32,000 bases of DNA, taken from Sedimentisphaera cyanobacteriorum (GTDB taxonomy: Bacteria; Planctomycetota; Phycisphaerae; Sedimentisphaerales; Sedimentisphaeraceae). Every line of letters starts with the position of its first letter. The first letter of the stretch is position 1. The notes below the pieces were generated by a model, which saw only the letters and a list, made by a program, of their open reading frames with translations, had not been told where the DNA came from and did no database searches. The stretch spans positions 1,650,001 to 1,682,000 of the forward strand of contig NZ_CP019633.1 of assembly GCF_001997385.1 (NCBI RefSeq). The letters are read 5' to 3'. Positions 18,486-26,640 of this stretch are shown here, piece by piece. Both the position numbers and the translations under genes were made by a program.

Positions 18486-19465
18486 TCAGAAGGGCTTTTT
18501 TATTAATACTTTCTGCGGGGCTGGTATGCCTTGCGGCAAATCTGAAGCTCTCAAACGAGGATATAGAAGCCTCGCTCACTATTGAGACCACCCAAATCAC
18601 CTTCGGCAGCACTTCAGAAGCTGTTGTGCAGTATTCCGGCAAGGGTGAAATGGTTATAAGCAGGGCAAAGCTCGAGGCGGGCAGTGATAAGATAACGCTG
18701 AGCGAGAAAAGCAGAGCCAGCTCAGAGCTCGTTTACGAGATCGAGCCCGAACAGATGGGCAGCTTTGAGGTTCTGTTCAAATTTGTTTACACCGATTTTG
18801 AAGACAAGGAGGTGGTGCAGCCTTTCGGCAAGATTGAGCTTAAAGCGGTATCCGCCCTTACAAGCGAAGAAAAAAAGACGCTCGAAAACGAAGGCGCAGA
18901 GAAGCTCGTTGAAAGAATAAGCCCTGAGCCTGAACCTGCTGAGGTGCCGATAAACAAGCTTGCTGTTGCCGCTTGGGCTGCCGGGCTGATTCTGGCAGCA
19001 GCAGGAATATGGCTCTTCATCTCAAAACGCAGGAAGAAGGCTCGGGAAGAGGTAAAATACGCCCTGCCCCATAAATCCGCTTACAGATTCCTCGAAGCGC
19101 TCAAATTCCGCAACCAGCCTCAAAACGGGCAGATGAAGGAATACGTGTTTATCCTCAGCAGTCTTTTACGAAGCTATATTCAGGTTCGTTTCAGTCTGCC
19201 TGCAACGGATATGACAACGGAGGAATTCCTCGAAGACGCTTCCGGCAGAGGCATATTTACCGACGAGCAGAGGAAAACGCTTCAAAGTTTTCTTGAAAAG
19301 GCCGATCTTGTGAAGTTTGCGGGATTCTCTCCCTCTCAGCAGCAGGCTCTGGATATGATGGTATCTGCGAAGGAATTTATCAGAACCACCGAGGACTATA
19401 ACTTCCTTGTACCGGAGGATGAGGCCAAATCTATAGGGAAAGCCCTGGAGGCCGAAGATGTTTGA
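18482..19465 (+). CDS. Membrane protein: N-terminal secreted domain, one TM, C-terminal DUF4381-like region (Bat-operon-associated)
   Basis: 327 aa with a signal-like N-terminus (AFLLILSAGLVCLAA) and a central TM (LAVAAWAAGLILAAAGIWLFI) followed by KRRKK. The C-terminal half (AYRFLEAL...YVFILSSLLRSYIQVRFSLPATDMTTEEFLE...FLEKADLVKFAGFSP) resembles DUF4381. It is translationally coupled on both sides. Confidence 0.6.
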   Translation: MIRRAFLLILSAGLVCLAANLKLSNEDIEASLTIETTQITFGSTSEAVVQYSGKGEMVISRAKLEAGSDKITLSEKSRASSELVYEIEPEQMGSFEVLFKFVYTDFEDKEVVQPFGKIELKAVSALTSEEKKTLENEGAEKLVERISPEPEPAEVPINKLAVAAWAAGLILAAAGIWLFISKRRKKAREEVKYALPHKSAYRFLEALKFRNQPQNGQMKEYVFILSSLLRSYIQVRFSLPATDMTTEEFLEDASGRGIFTDEQRKTLQSFLEKADLVKFAGFSPSQQQALDMMVSAKEFIRTTEDYNFLVPEDEAKSIGKALEAEDV

Positions 19466-20519
19466 GTTTCACAGCCCGCTTGCGTTTCTTCTTCTGGCTG
19501 CTGTTTTTCTTCTGCTGGTCTGGAAGAGGCTCAGGGGCAGAAAGCAGAAAAGCTTTTTAAGGTATTCGGATTTGAGTGTTTTCGCAAACTGCGGGACAGG
19601 CTGGCGAAGCAGGCTTATATGGCTGCCGGATTTTCTGCGATGGGTATGCCTTGTTTTGCTTGTGTTTGCAGCTGCAAGGCCGAGGGAAGGCACAGAGCTT
19701 TCAAACGTATCAACTGAAGGCGTTGCTATGCAGCTGGTTGTGGACCGTTCGAGCAGTATGAATGAGCCGATGGTGTATAAGGGGCAGAAGATAAGCCGAT
19801 TCGATGCTGTGAAGATGGTAATTGAAGATTTCATCAAAGGCGGCAAGGGAAACCTTAAAGGCAGAAGCGGCGATATGATCGGGCTTGTGTCTTTCGCCCG
19901 CTACCCCGACACGCTCTGCCCGCTCGTGCTAACTCACAGCATCCTGATAGATTTTCTCAAACAGTCTGAAACGGTGAAATACAAGCAGGAAGACGGCACA
20001 GCAATCGGCGATGCGATAGCCCTCGCAGCAGCGCGTCTGCAGGAGGCGGAAAAGCAGATTTCACAAACCTCTGAAAAGCTCACCGGCGAAGAGCTCAGCA
20101 ATGATTTCAAAATCAAGAGCAAGGCTGTTATACTGCTTACTGACGGGATGAACAATGCAGGCGAGAGAACACCCGAGAAGGCTGCCCAGCTCGCTGAAGA
20201 GTGGGGAATTAAGATTTACGCTGTGGGGATAGGCTCTAATATGCCTCAAAGGTCGTTCTTTAATATAGGCAGAGCCCAGATAAACGAAAGGCTTTTGAAT
20301 TCAATTGCCGAAAAAACAGGCGGATTCTATGCACGGGCAGACAGCCCAAAACAGCTGCGGGAAATATACGAAAAAATAGACCGCTTAGAGAAAACCGAAA
20401 TCAAATCCGTTGCCTACTACAACTATGCAGAGAAGTTTGAGCCCTTCGCAATGGCTGCTTTCGCTGCTCTTCTGCTGGAAATTATCCTGAGAACAACCCT
20501 CCTGAGAAAACTGCCTTAA
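19458..20519 (+). CDS. VWA-domain membrane protein (BatA-like)
   Basis: 353 aa with N-terminal TM helices. VWA MIDAS-type motifs are present (VVDRSSSM, ...GTAIGDAI, ILLTDGMNNAG), followed by a C-terminal TM (FAMAAFAALLLEIIL). Confidence 0.85.
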   Translation: MFEFHSPLAFLLLAAVFLLLVWKRLRGRKQKSFLRYSDLSVFANCGTGWRSRLIWLPDFLRWVCLVLLVFAAARPREGTELSNVSTEGVAMQLVVDRSSSMNEPMVYKGQKISRFDAVKMVIEDFIKGGKGNLKGRSGDMIGLVSFARYPDTLCPLVLTHSILIDFLKQSETVKYKQEDGTAIGDAIALAAARLQEAEKQISQTSEKLTGEELSNDFKIKSKAVILLTDGMNNAGERTPEKAAQLAEEWGIKIYAVGIGSNMPQRSFFNIGRAQINERLLNSIAEKTGGFYARADSPKQLREIYEKIDRLEKTEIKSVAYYNYAEKFEPFAMAAFAALLLEIILRTTLLRKLP

Positions 20520-20549
20520 GCTATTTTACGAGAAATTTTCTCTTTCACT

Positions 20550-20577
20550 TTGATTTTTTGTCTTATAAGCGTATAAT
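20550..20577 (+). promoter_or_regulatory. Candidate sigma-70 promoter for the ATPase/RloB-like pair (TTGATT-N16-TATAAT)
   Basis: -35 at 20550-20555 and a perfect -10 at 20572-20577, about 40 nt upstream of the ATG at 20617 (SD aaggga). Confidence 0.4.
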
Positions 20578-20616
20578 ATCAAAGCTAAATAAGAAATTTT
20601 AAGCGAAAGGGACAAA

Positions 20617-21930
20617 ATGCTGCTGAATTTTTCCTTAAAAAACTGGATGTCATTTCGTGATGAAGCAAATTTTTCCATGATTGCTTCAAGAGAAAAACAG
20701 CACAGAGAAAGGCTTGCAAAACTTGAGACAGTAAAGAAAAATGTGCTTCCAATTTCTGCTGTTTACGGCGGGAATGCCTCGGGCAAGACGAACTTTTTCA
20801 AGGCCTTCCGATTTCTCAAGAGATTTATTGTGGAAGGCACAAGACCAGAAACATCAATCCCTGTTCAAAATTTTTGCTTAGACCAAGAGTCTGCGGAAAG
20901 TCCAAGCTGGTTTAATATTGCTGTTTTTTCTGAAGGTAAAGTTTATGAGCTGGAATTTTCTGTTAATTCAGAAAAGGTTTTAACGGAAAAACTAACCCAG
21001 ATAAAGCCCTCATCTGAGAAGCTTCTATATGAAAGAATAAACGGCGAGCTTAAGCTGGGCAGTTCTCTCTCAGCAAATCAGCATCTAAAATTTGCTTTTG
21101 AAGGGACAAGAGAAAACCAGCTTTTTCTTACCAATTCAGTTTCTCAGAGAATAGAAATTTTCAAGCCTGTTTACGACTGGTTCAAGGATAAACTTATGCT
21201 TATCGCACCTGACACAAGATTCGGATCCTTTGAGCAGATGATGAATGAGGAAAGCCAAATTTATGACAGCATAAACGAGATTATTTCCGGCCTTGACACA
21301 GGCATCGACCATATAGGCGGGGAAACAGTGGCTGTAGATAATCTGCCGCTGCCGGAGGGCAAAAAAGATAATCTTCTCGAGGAGATACCTGAAGGAAAGG
21401 CTGCGAAAATTATTATTGCAGGACTCGAGGACGAGAGGATTATTGTAACAAAAAACAAGGGCAGGCTGTCTGCCAAAAAGCTCGTTACATACCACAAAAA
21501 CAAGAACGGCACAGAGCATAAATTTGAACTCAATCAGGAATCAGACGGTTCTAAAAGGGCTGTAGAGCTTTTGCCTGCATTCCTTGATCTCTCAAGCAGA
21601 AAATCAGCAAGGGTTTACATTATCGATGAGCTCAACAGGAGCCTTCATTCACTGCTTTCAAGGAATATGATTTCTTTTTTCCTTTCGGCCTTTGGAAAGG
21701 ATTCAAGATCTCAGCTTTTGTTTACAACGCACGATTTAACTCTTTTCGACCAAAGCATATTCAGGCGTGATGAAATGTGGCTTACTGAGAGGAATAAAGA
21801 AGGCGTTTCTAAGCTTTATTCAATAAGCGATTTTGAGGATGTCAGATACGACAAGGATATCAGAAAGAGCTATCTGCAGGGGCGTATGGGCGGCGTGCCG
21901 AATATAGGTCCTTTGGTTTCTGCGCGATGA
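20617..21930 (+). CDS. ABC-type AAA_21/AAA_15-like ATPase (AbiLi / RloA / AriA-like)
   Basis: 437 aa. It has Walker A GGNASGKT near the N-terminus, the ABC-signature-like QESDGSKR, Walker B VYIIDELNRSLH, H-loop FTTHD, and the family-typical C-terminal YLQGRMGGVPNI. Confidence 0.85.
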   Translation: MLLNFSLKNWMSFRDEANFSMIASREKQHRERLAKLETVKKNVLPISAVYGGNASGKTNFFKAFRFLKRFIVEGTRPETSIPVQNFCLDQESAESPSWFNIAVFSEGKVYELEFSVNSEKVLTEKLTQIKPSSEKLLYERINGELKLGSSLSANQHLKFAFEGTRENQLFLTNSVSQRIEIFKPVYDWFKDKLMLIAPDTRFGSFEQMMNEESQIYDSINEIISGLDTGIDHIGGETVAVDNLPLPEGKKDNLLEEIPEGKAAKIIIAGLEDERIIVTKNKGRLSAKKLVTYHKNKNGTEHKFELNQESDGSKRAVELLPAFLDLSSRKSARVYIIDELNRSLHSLLSRNMISFFLSAFGKDSRSQLLFTTHDLTLFDQSIFRRDEMWLTERNKEGVSKLYSISDFEDVRYDKDIRKSYLQGRMGGVPNIGPLVSAR

Positions 21931-21943
21931 AAGGGGAAAGTCT

Positions 21944-22539
21944 ATGGCTGGTAAACTCTCAAGGCCAACCAAAAGAAGAAGATACAAAAAGCTTTTCCTG
22001 CTGTCGGTTGAAGGCCAGAAAACTGAGCCGCAGTATTTCAGTTTATTTAACAGCGATGCCTCAGCTATTTCAATACGCTCAATCAAAGCGAAAAGCAAAA
22101 GTGCGCCTCAGAAAGTTTTGAAACGAATGAAAGACGCTCTGAAAGAAGAAAACTTAAAAAAACTGACGAGGCGTGGTTAGTAGTAGATAAGGACAATTGG
22201 CAAGATGCCCAGCTGCTTTCGCTTTTAAAATGGGCAGATCAAAGACAAAATTATGGGCTCGCTGTGAGCAATCCCAAATTTGAATATTGGCTGCTGCTTC
22301 ATTTCGAAGACGGAAAAAAAGCTTCCGATTCTAAAACCTGCACCAAAAGGCTGAAGAAATATCTTGTTGATGGAAAAAATATCAACCCAGCAAAAATTAA
22401 CCGCAAAATGATATTGAAAGCTGTAGAAAGGGCTAAAAGACAAAACAGCAATCCTGCCGGCTGGCCAAAACAGAAGGGCACAACTGTTTACCGATTGATT
22501 GAAAATATATTTAAGGCTGAAAAAGATTATAAAGCTTAG
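21944..22539 (+). pseudogene. RloB-like (Toprim-like) protein gene split by a 1-nt frameshift in an A7 run
   Basis: The N-terminal ORF (21944-22180) carries the RloB-type FLLSVEGQKTEPQYF motif. The C-terminal frame, open from 22051, reads TDEAWLVVDKDNWQDAQLLSLLKWADQRQNYGLAVSNPKFEYWLLLHFE and ends at 22539. Adding one A to the run at 22156-22162 joins the two frames into one ~198-aa protein (...ENLKKTDEAWLVVD...). Confidence 0.75.
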
Positions 22540-22581
22540 GTTTGAAGGAAAAAATAGAGCTTTCTGGCGCTGGTTTAATAT

Positions 22582-24621
22582 TCATTCTCTCTGATTTATA
22601 TTGAGCGGGTGGAGCTGGCCTTGGGATTTTGCAAACATACTGCACTCAGGGAGGACTTCGAGAAATTTCTTTCCGTAGAATTTTTTCATCACTCTGCTGT
22701 CTAAAATCACTACAGAGCCGGAATCGGTTTTTCTGCGTATCAGCCTTCCGAAGCCCTGTTTGAAGCGTATTATCGCAGAGGGCAGCTGAAAGCTTATGAA
22801 TGGATTCTGGCCGTTAGCTTTGATCTGTTCGATTTTTCCCTGCGTGAGCGGGTGGTTCGGGACGGAAAATGGAAGCCTCATTATCGCAACGCATTTGAGT
22901 GCATCGCCGGGCAGGTCAACCCCCTGCCAAAAGCTCTCAGTGCCGAGGAGAATGCCGCTGTCGCTGTTTTTGAAATTTTCAACGAGCCTCGTGCGCGAAA
23001 TCCCCTTCTGCTGCATAAATATTTCTCTGCTGTTTTCGAATGCCCAGTATTCAAGCTCCTCTGCAAAATTTTTCAGCATATAATAGCTTGTAAAGAGTAC
23101 AAGCGTTCCGCCGCCTGCATTTGCAATCCAGCCTTTGAGCGCTTGGGCAGCTGCGGGCACGAAATCCGGGCTTGAGGGCTCTGGCAGGTCTGCCTCCGCT
23201 ACCACCTTCACATTTTTCTTATAGTCGAAAAAACTCCCGAGCATAAGCGAATCGTATTCTTCCAGCCCAACGTTTCCGGCGAAGAACGAGAATCCCTTTT
23301 TTCCAGATGAGCAGCTCAGCGTAGCGCTTGTAAGGGCAACAGACTCGAATTTGTCAAACAAACACTCCTTGAGGTCTTTGCCTGCATTTATCGGGGCGCT
23401 TCTGAGGCTGTATCTTGGGAACTGCTTCTTTCCGCCTTTTTCAATCCAGTAAATATGGCGATTTTCGTCGTCAGCGGCTTTGGGCTGCTGAACGAATGAG
23501 CTTATATCACTCTCAAACGCGCTGAGCCTCTCAACTGCTCTTCTCAGCTCCTCGGCAGTATCTGATTTCTTTTCTTCCTCGCTGAATTTTTCTCTGATAT
23601 TAGAGAGAGCGAGCCTTAGCTCTTTGAGCTCGACGGAGAGGTTGTCGGTTAAATCTTCAGGTCCGCATTTTCCATTGTTTTCCCGGCAGGTATGTTCGTA
23701 ATAGGATTCCACCTGCTTAAAGAAAACCTCGCAGGCCTTTCTGGAATTTTTCAGCTTTGTTTTGAGCTTCTCATCATCGAATTGGGCAAGAAGGCCTTTT
23801 CGTTTTTTACTGTCATAAAGCCCGCGGAGAGTAAAATCTACTGCATTGTTTGATATATTGATTCCGAAGTGGTCTTCAGCAGCTTTCTGGAGGTTGTGAG
23901 CTTCGTCTATTACAACGGCCTCGTATGAAGGGAGAATGCTTGCGCCTCTGCTTCTGAGCATAAGATCGCTGAGCAGGAGAGAATGATTCAAAACGATCAG
24001 CTCACACTGCTCGAGCTCTTTTCTTGCCTTTGAGTAGAAACACTCTTTCCTGTGCGGGCATTTCCTGCCCTTGCAGTTGCCGTGTTCGCTTTTTACCGCG
24101 TCCCAAACCGAGGGAGACGGATTAAAGGGAATCGTGCTGAGCGAGCCGTCATTGGTTGTCTCCGCCCACTGCTTCAGCTCGGCAAGCTCGCCGGGAGGGG
24201 CATCGAAAAGGGTTTTTTTGTTTTCGAGGGCATAATGCAGCCTTCGCTTGCAGATATAGTTGTTTCTTCCCTTTGCGATCCCTGCCTTGAATTCAAAATC
24301 CACCGCTCTTGCTGTGAACGGTATATCCTGATTTATCAGCTGTTCCTGAAGGTTGATTGTGTATGTGCTGATAACAGCCTTCACCCCGCTTTTTACCGCA
24401 TATTTCACGGCAGGGACGATATAAGCGAGGCTCTTGCCGGTACCTGTGCCGGCTTCGATAACTGTATGCCTGCCCTGCTCAAAACACTGCTCCAGCTTTA
24501 GAGCCATCTCCTTCTGACCTGGGCGCTGTTCATATCCGGGCAGTAAACGGGCTATCCTTCCGCTGTCGCTGAAAAAGGATTCGAGGTCTAAGTCTGGTTC
24601 TGTTTCAAAAGGAACTTTCAA
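22582..24621 (-). CDS. dinG: DinG/XPD-family ATP-dependent DNA helicase with Fe-S domain
   Basis: 679 aa. It has Walker A EAGTGTGKS, DEAH box VIDEAHNL, four Cys in the Fe-S insertion (NYICKRR...HGNCKGRKCPHRKECFY), and C-terminal FWQGVDLPG and QGFGRLIRRKTDSG. The start is TTG at 24621, directly after an in-frame stop, with SD ggtga 5 nt upstream. Confidence 0.9.
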   Translation of the reverse strand: MKVPFETEPDLDLESFFSDSGRIARLLPGYEQRPGQKEMALKLEQCFEQGRHTVIEAGTGTGKSLAYIVPAVKYAVKSGVKAVISTYTINLQEQLINQDIPFTARAVDFEFKAGIAKGRNNYICKRRLHYALENKKTLFDAPPGELAELKQWAETTNDGSLSTIPFNPSPSVWDAVKSEHGNCKGRKCPHRKECFYSKARKELEQCELIVLNHSLLLSDLMLRSRGASILPSYEAVVIDEAHNLQKAAEDHFGINISNNAVDFTLRGLYDSKKRKGLLAQFDDEKLKTKLKNSRKACEVFFKQVESYYEHTCRENNGKCGPEDLTDNLSVELKELRLALSNIREKFSEEEKKSDTAEELRRAVERLSAFESDISSFVQQPKAADDENRHIYWIEKGGKKQFPRYSLRSAPINAGKDLKECLFDKFESVALTSATLSCSSGKKGFSFFAGNVGLEEYDSLMLGSFFDYKKNVKVVAEADLPEPSSPDFVPAAAQALKGWIANAGGGTLVLFTSYYMLKNFAEELEYWAFENSREIFMQQKGISRTRLVENFKNSDSGILLGTESFWQGVDLPGDALKCVAIMRLPFSVPNHPLTQGKIEQIKANGQNPFISFQLPSAIIRFKQGFGRLIRRKTDSGSVVILDSRVMKKFYGKKFLEVLPECSMFAKSQGQLHPLNINQRE

Positions 24622-24644
24622 TTATTTCACCAACTTTGCGCAAG

Positions 24645-24676
24645 AAAAAAGGCTGGTATCAGAAGAAACCAGCCTT
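24645..24676 (-). terminator. Intrinsic terminator on the minus strand, 24 nt upstream of the dinG start
   Basis: Minus-strand read: aaggctggt-ttcttctgat-accagcc followed by TTTTTT, the first two T of which close the stem against the leading aa (9-bp stem, 10-nt loop). There is no T-run in the plus orientation. Confidence 0.55.
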
Positions 24677-24829
24677 CGTCGAGACAATTCAAAAATAAGA
24701 TAAAAATACTAGATATATAAACCTGTCTCAACTACTAAAACTTTATTTTATTTGGAAAAAAGAATTACACGCATCTCTGCGTAAACCCAAACTTTATAGC
24801 ACTGTTAATGAACTATCAAATCTGATGTC

Positions 24830-24858
24830 ATATTAGCATTTCTCAAGGTCGGTGTCAA
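24830..24858 (-). promoter_or_regulatory. Consensus-like sigma-70 promoter (TTGACA-N17-TAATAT) on the minus strand with an A/T UP-like tract
   Basis: Minus-strand read: ttgacaccgaccttgagaaatgctaatat. The -35 is at 24858-24853 and the -10 at 24835-24830. It is preceded by aaaaaaaaattaaaaaatttttatttttt. Confidence 0.45.
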
Positions 24859-24931
24859 ACAAAAAATAAAAATTTTTTAATTTTTTTTTACAACGCTCCT
24901 CATCGCCAGAAACAATCGGTCATTTCGCTAT

Positions 24932-26458
24932 TCAGAACATCTTATCAAGCCTTCTGTAACTCACGGCCTCACCAATATGTTCAGGTCTTATTTCCTCGCT
25001 TCCTGCAAGGTCTGCAATGGTTCTTGCGAGTTTGCATATCTTATCGTGCGCCCTTGCACTTAGGGAAAGGTCTTTCATTGCGCTTTTGAGCATAATCTCT
25101 GATTTTGGCTCGAGCTCGCAGAAAACTTCTATCTCCCTGTGAGACATGCCCGCATTAACCCGCCTTGAATCGCCTCTGAAGCGGATGTTCTGTACTTTCC
25201 TTGCGCAGTTAACCTGCTCTCTCATATTTGCTGAGCTCTGCCCCTTGGCCTTGTTCCTGAGTGCACGATAATCCACAGCAGGCACTTCGATCTGTATATC
25301 GATTCTGTCCAAAAGCGGCCCGGAGAGCTTTGAGAGATACTTCTCAATCTGGGCGGGCGTGCAGCGGCATTCTTTCTGGGTGGAGCCGTAATACCCGCAG
25401 GGGCACGGATTGGCCGAAGCTATAAGCATAAAATCTGCGGGGAATGTAACCGTGGCCTGCGCTCGGGCTATGGTAACCTGACTGTCCTCCAAGGGCTGGC
25501 GAATCGTTTCCAGCACAGTGCGTGAGAATTCGGGAAACTCATCGAGAAACAGAATTCCGTGATGAGCGAGGCTCAGCTCTCCCGGCCTTGGATGGGCAGA
25601 CCCTCCAATAAGAGCGGGCGCACTTGCGGAATGGTGCGGACTGCGAAAAGGCCTCGTTGCAATCAGAGCCTGCTGCCTCTCGAGAAGGCCTACAGATGAA
25701 TAGATTCGAGTTGTCTCAAGGGATTCTTCAAGGGAGAGCTCTGGGAGAATGCTTGCTACGCGTTTGCTGAGCATAGTTTTCCCGGAGCCCGGAGGCCCCA
25801 TCATCATCACGTTATGCCCGCCGGCAGCAGCTATCGTAAGGGCACGCTTAACCGTTTCCTGCCCCTTCACGTCTTCGAAATCAATGTCGTATTTTCGTTT
25901 TATCTCAAAGAGCCTGTCTATATCTGTGTATGTCGGCTCTATGGGCAGATTCCCGGAGAGAAACCCAACTGTCTCGGTCAGCGAGCCAACTCCGAAGATA
26001 TCTATTCCCTGCACAACTGCTGCTTCAGGGGCGTTCTCTATCGGCACTATCATCCTCTCAAAGCCAGCTGCCTTTGCGCTCATCGCCAAACTCAAAACGC
26101 CGTTGACGGGACGAACCCTGCCGTCGAGGGCGAGTTCGCCTACCATTATCTCATTTTTAAGCCCTTCCAGCTGCACTGCTCCGCTTGCGCTTAGAATCCC
26201 AACTCCAATCGAAAGGTCGAAGGCTGGGCCTTCCTTCTTGAGGTCTGCGGGTGCGAGATTAACTGTAATCTGTTCAAAAGGATACTTGAATCCGCTGTTG
26301 ATTAAAGCGCTTCTAACCCTCTCGCAGCTCTCCTTAATAGCTGCATCCGGAAGCCCCACAATAAGAAGGCGGGTATCATCTCCGCTTATGTGCACCTCCA
26401 CCTCGCAGATATGCCCTTCAATCCCCGAAAGTGTAAGGCTGTTCAGTCTGGCAAGCAT
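24932..26458 (-). CDS. comM: YifB/ComM-family Mg-chelatase-like ATPase
   Basis: 508 aa. It has an N-terminal Lon-protease-like domain (LDGRVRPVNGVLSLA), Walker A MMGPPGSGKTM, Walker B ILFLDEFPEF, and CPCGYYGSTQKECRCTPAQIEKYLSKLSGPLLDRIDI. Confidence 0.92.
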   Translation of the reverse strand: MLARLNSLTLSGIEGHICEVEVHISGDDTRLLIVGLPDAAIKESCERVRSALINSGFKYPFEQITVNLAPADLKKEGPAFDLSIGVGILSASGAVQLEGLKNEIMVGELALDGRVRPVNGVLSLAMSAKAAGFERMIVPIENAPEAAVVQGIDIFGVGSLTETVGFLSGNLPIEPTYTDIDRLFEIKRKYDIDFEDVKGQETVKRALTIAAAGGHNVMMMGPPGSGKTMLSKRVASILPELSLEESLETTRIYSSVGLLERQQALIATRPFRSPHHSASAPALIGGSAHPRPGELSLAHHGILFLDEFPEFSRTVLETIRQPLEDSQVTIARAQATVTFPADFMLIASANPCPCGYYGSTQKECRCTPAQIEKYLSKLSGPLLDRIDIQIEVPAVDYRALRNKAKGQSSANMREQVNCARKVQNIRFRGDSRRVNAGMSHREIEVFCELEPKSEIMLKSAMKDLSLSARAHDKICKLARTIADLAGSEEIRPEHIGEAVSYRRLDKMF

Positions 26459-26496
26459 ATAGCCTCCTGTGCGAATTAAATCAACATTTTGAAGTA

Positions 26497-26525
26497 ATTC
26501 TATTCGTAAACAACCTAAATTACAA
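26497..26525 (-). promoter_or_regulatory. Candidate sigma-70 promoter for comM (TTGTAA-N17-TAGAAT)
   Basis: Minus-strand read: ttgtaatttaggttgtttacgaatagaat, about 40 nt upstream of the comM ATG (SD aggagg). Confidence 0.35.
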
Positions 26526-26581
26526 CCTTTTTTCTAAGAAGCCGCGATAAATACAAGAACGGATTGGTTAAAAATCTGGCC

Positions 26582-26614
26582 AAAAAAAAGGGAACGCTTG
26601 TTTTTCGCGTTCCC
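26582..26614 (-). terminator. Intrinsic terminator after clpC
   Basis: Minus-strand read: gggaacgc-gaaaaacaa-gcgttccc followed by TTTTTTTT, 27 nt after the clpC stop. Confidence 0.75.
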
Positions 26615-26640
26615 TTATGCGTTTTCTTTTTCAGCTTTTA

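Noticed and set aside
21927-22121. A 64-aa ORF overlapping the ATPase stop and the start of the RloB-like gene
   Set aside because: It is in a third frame with no conserved motifs. The RloB-type motif (VEGQKTEPQYF) is in the 21944 frame, so that frame is the real one.
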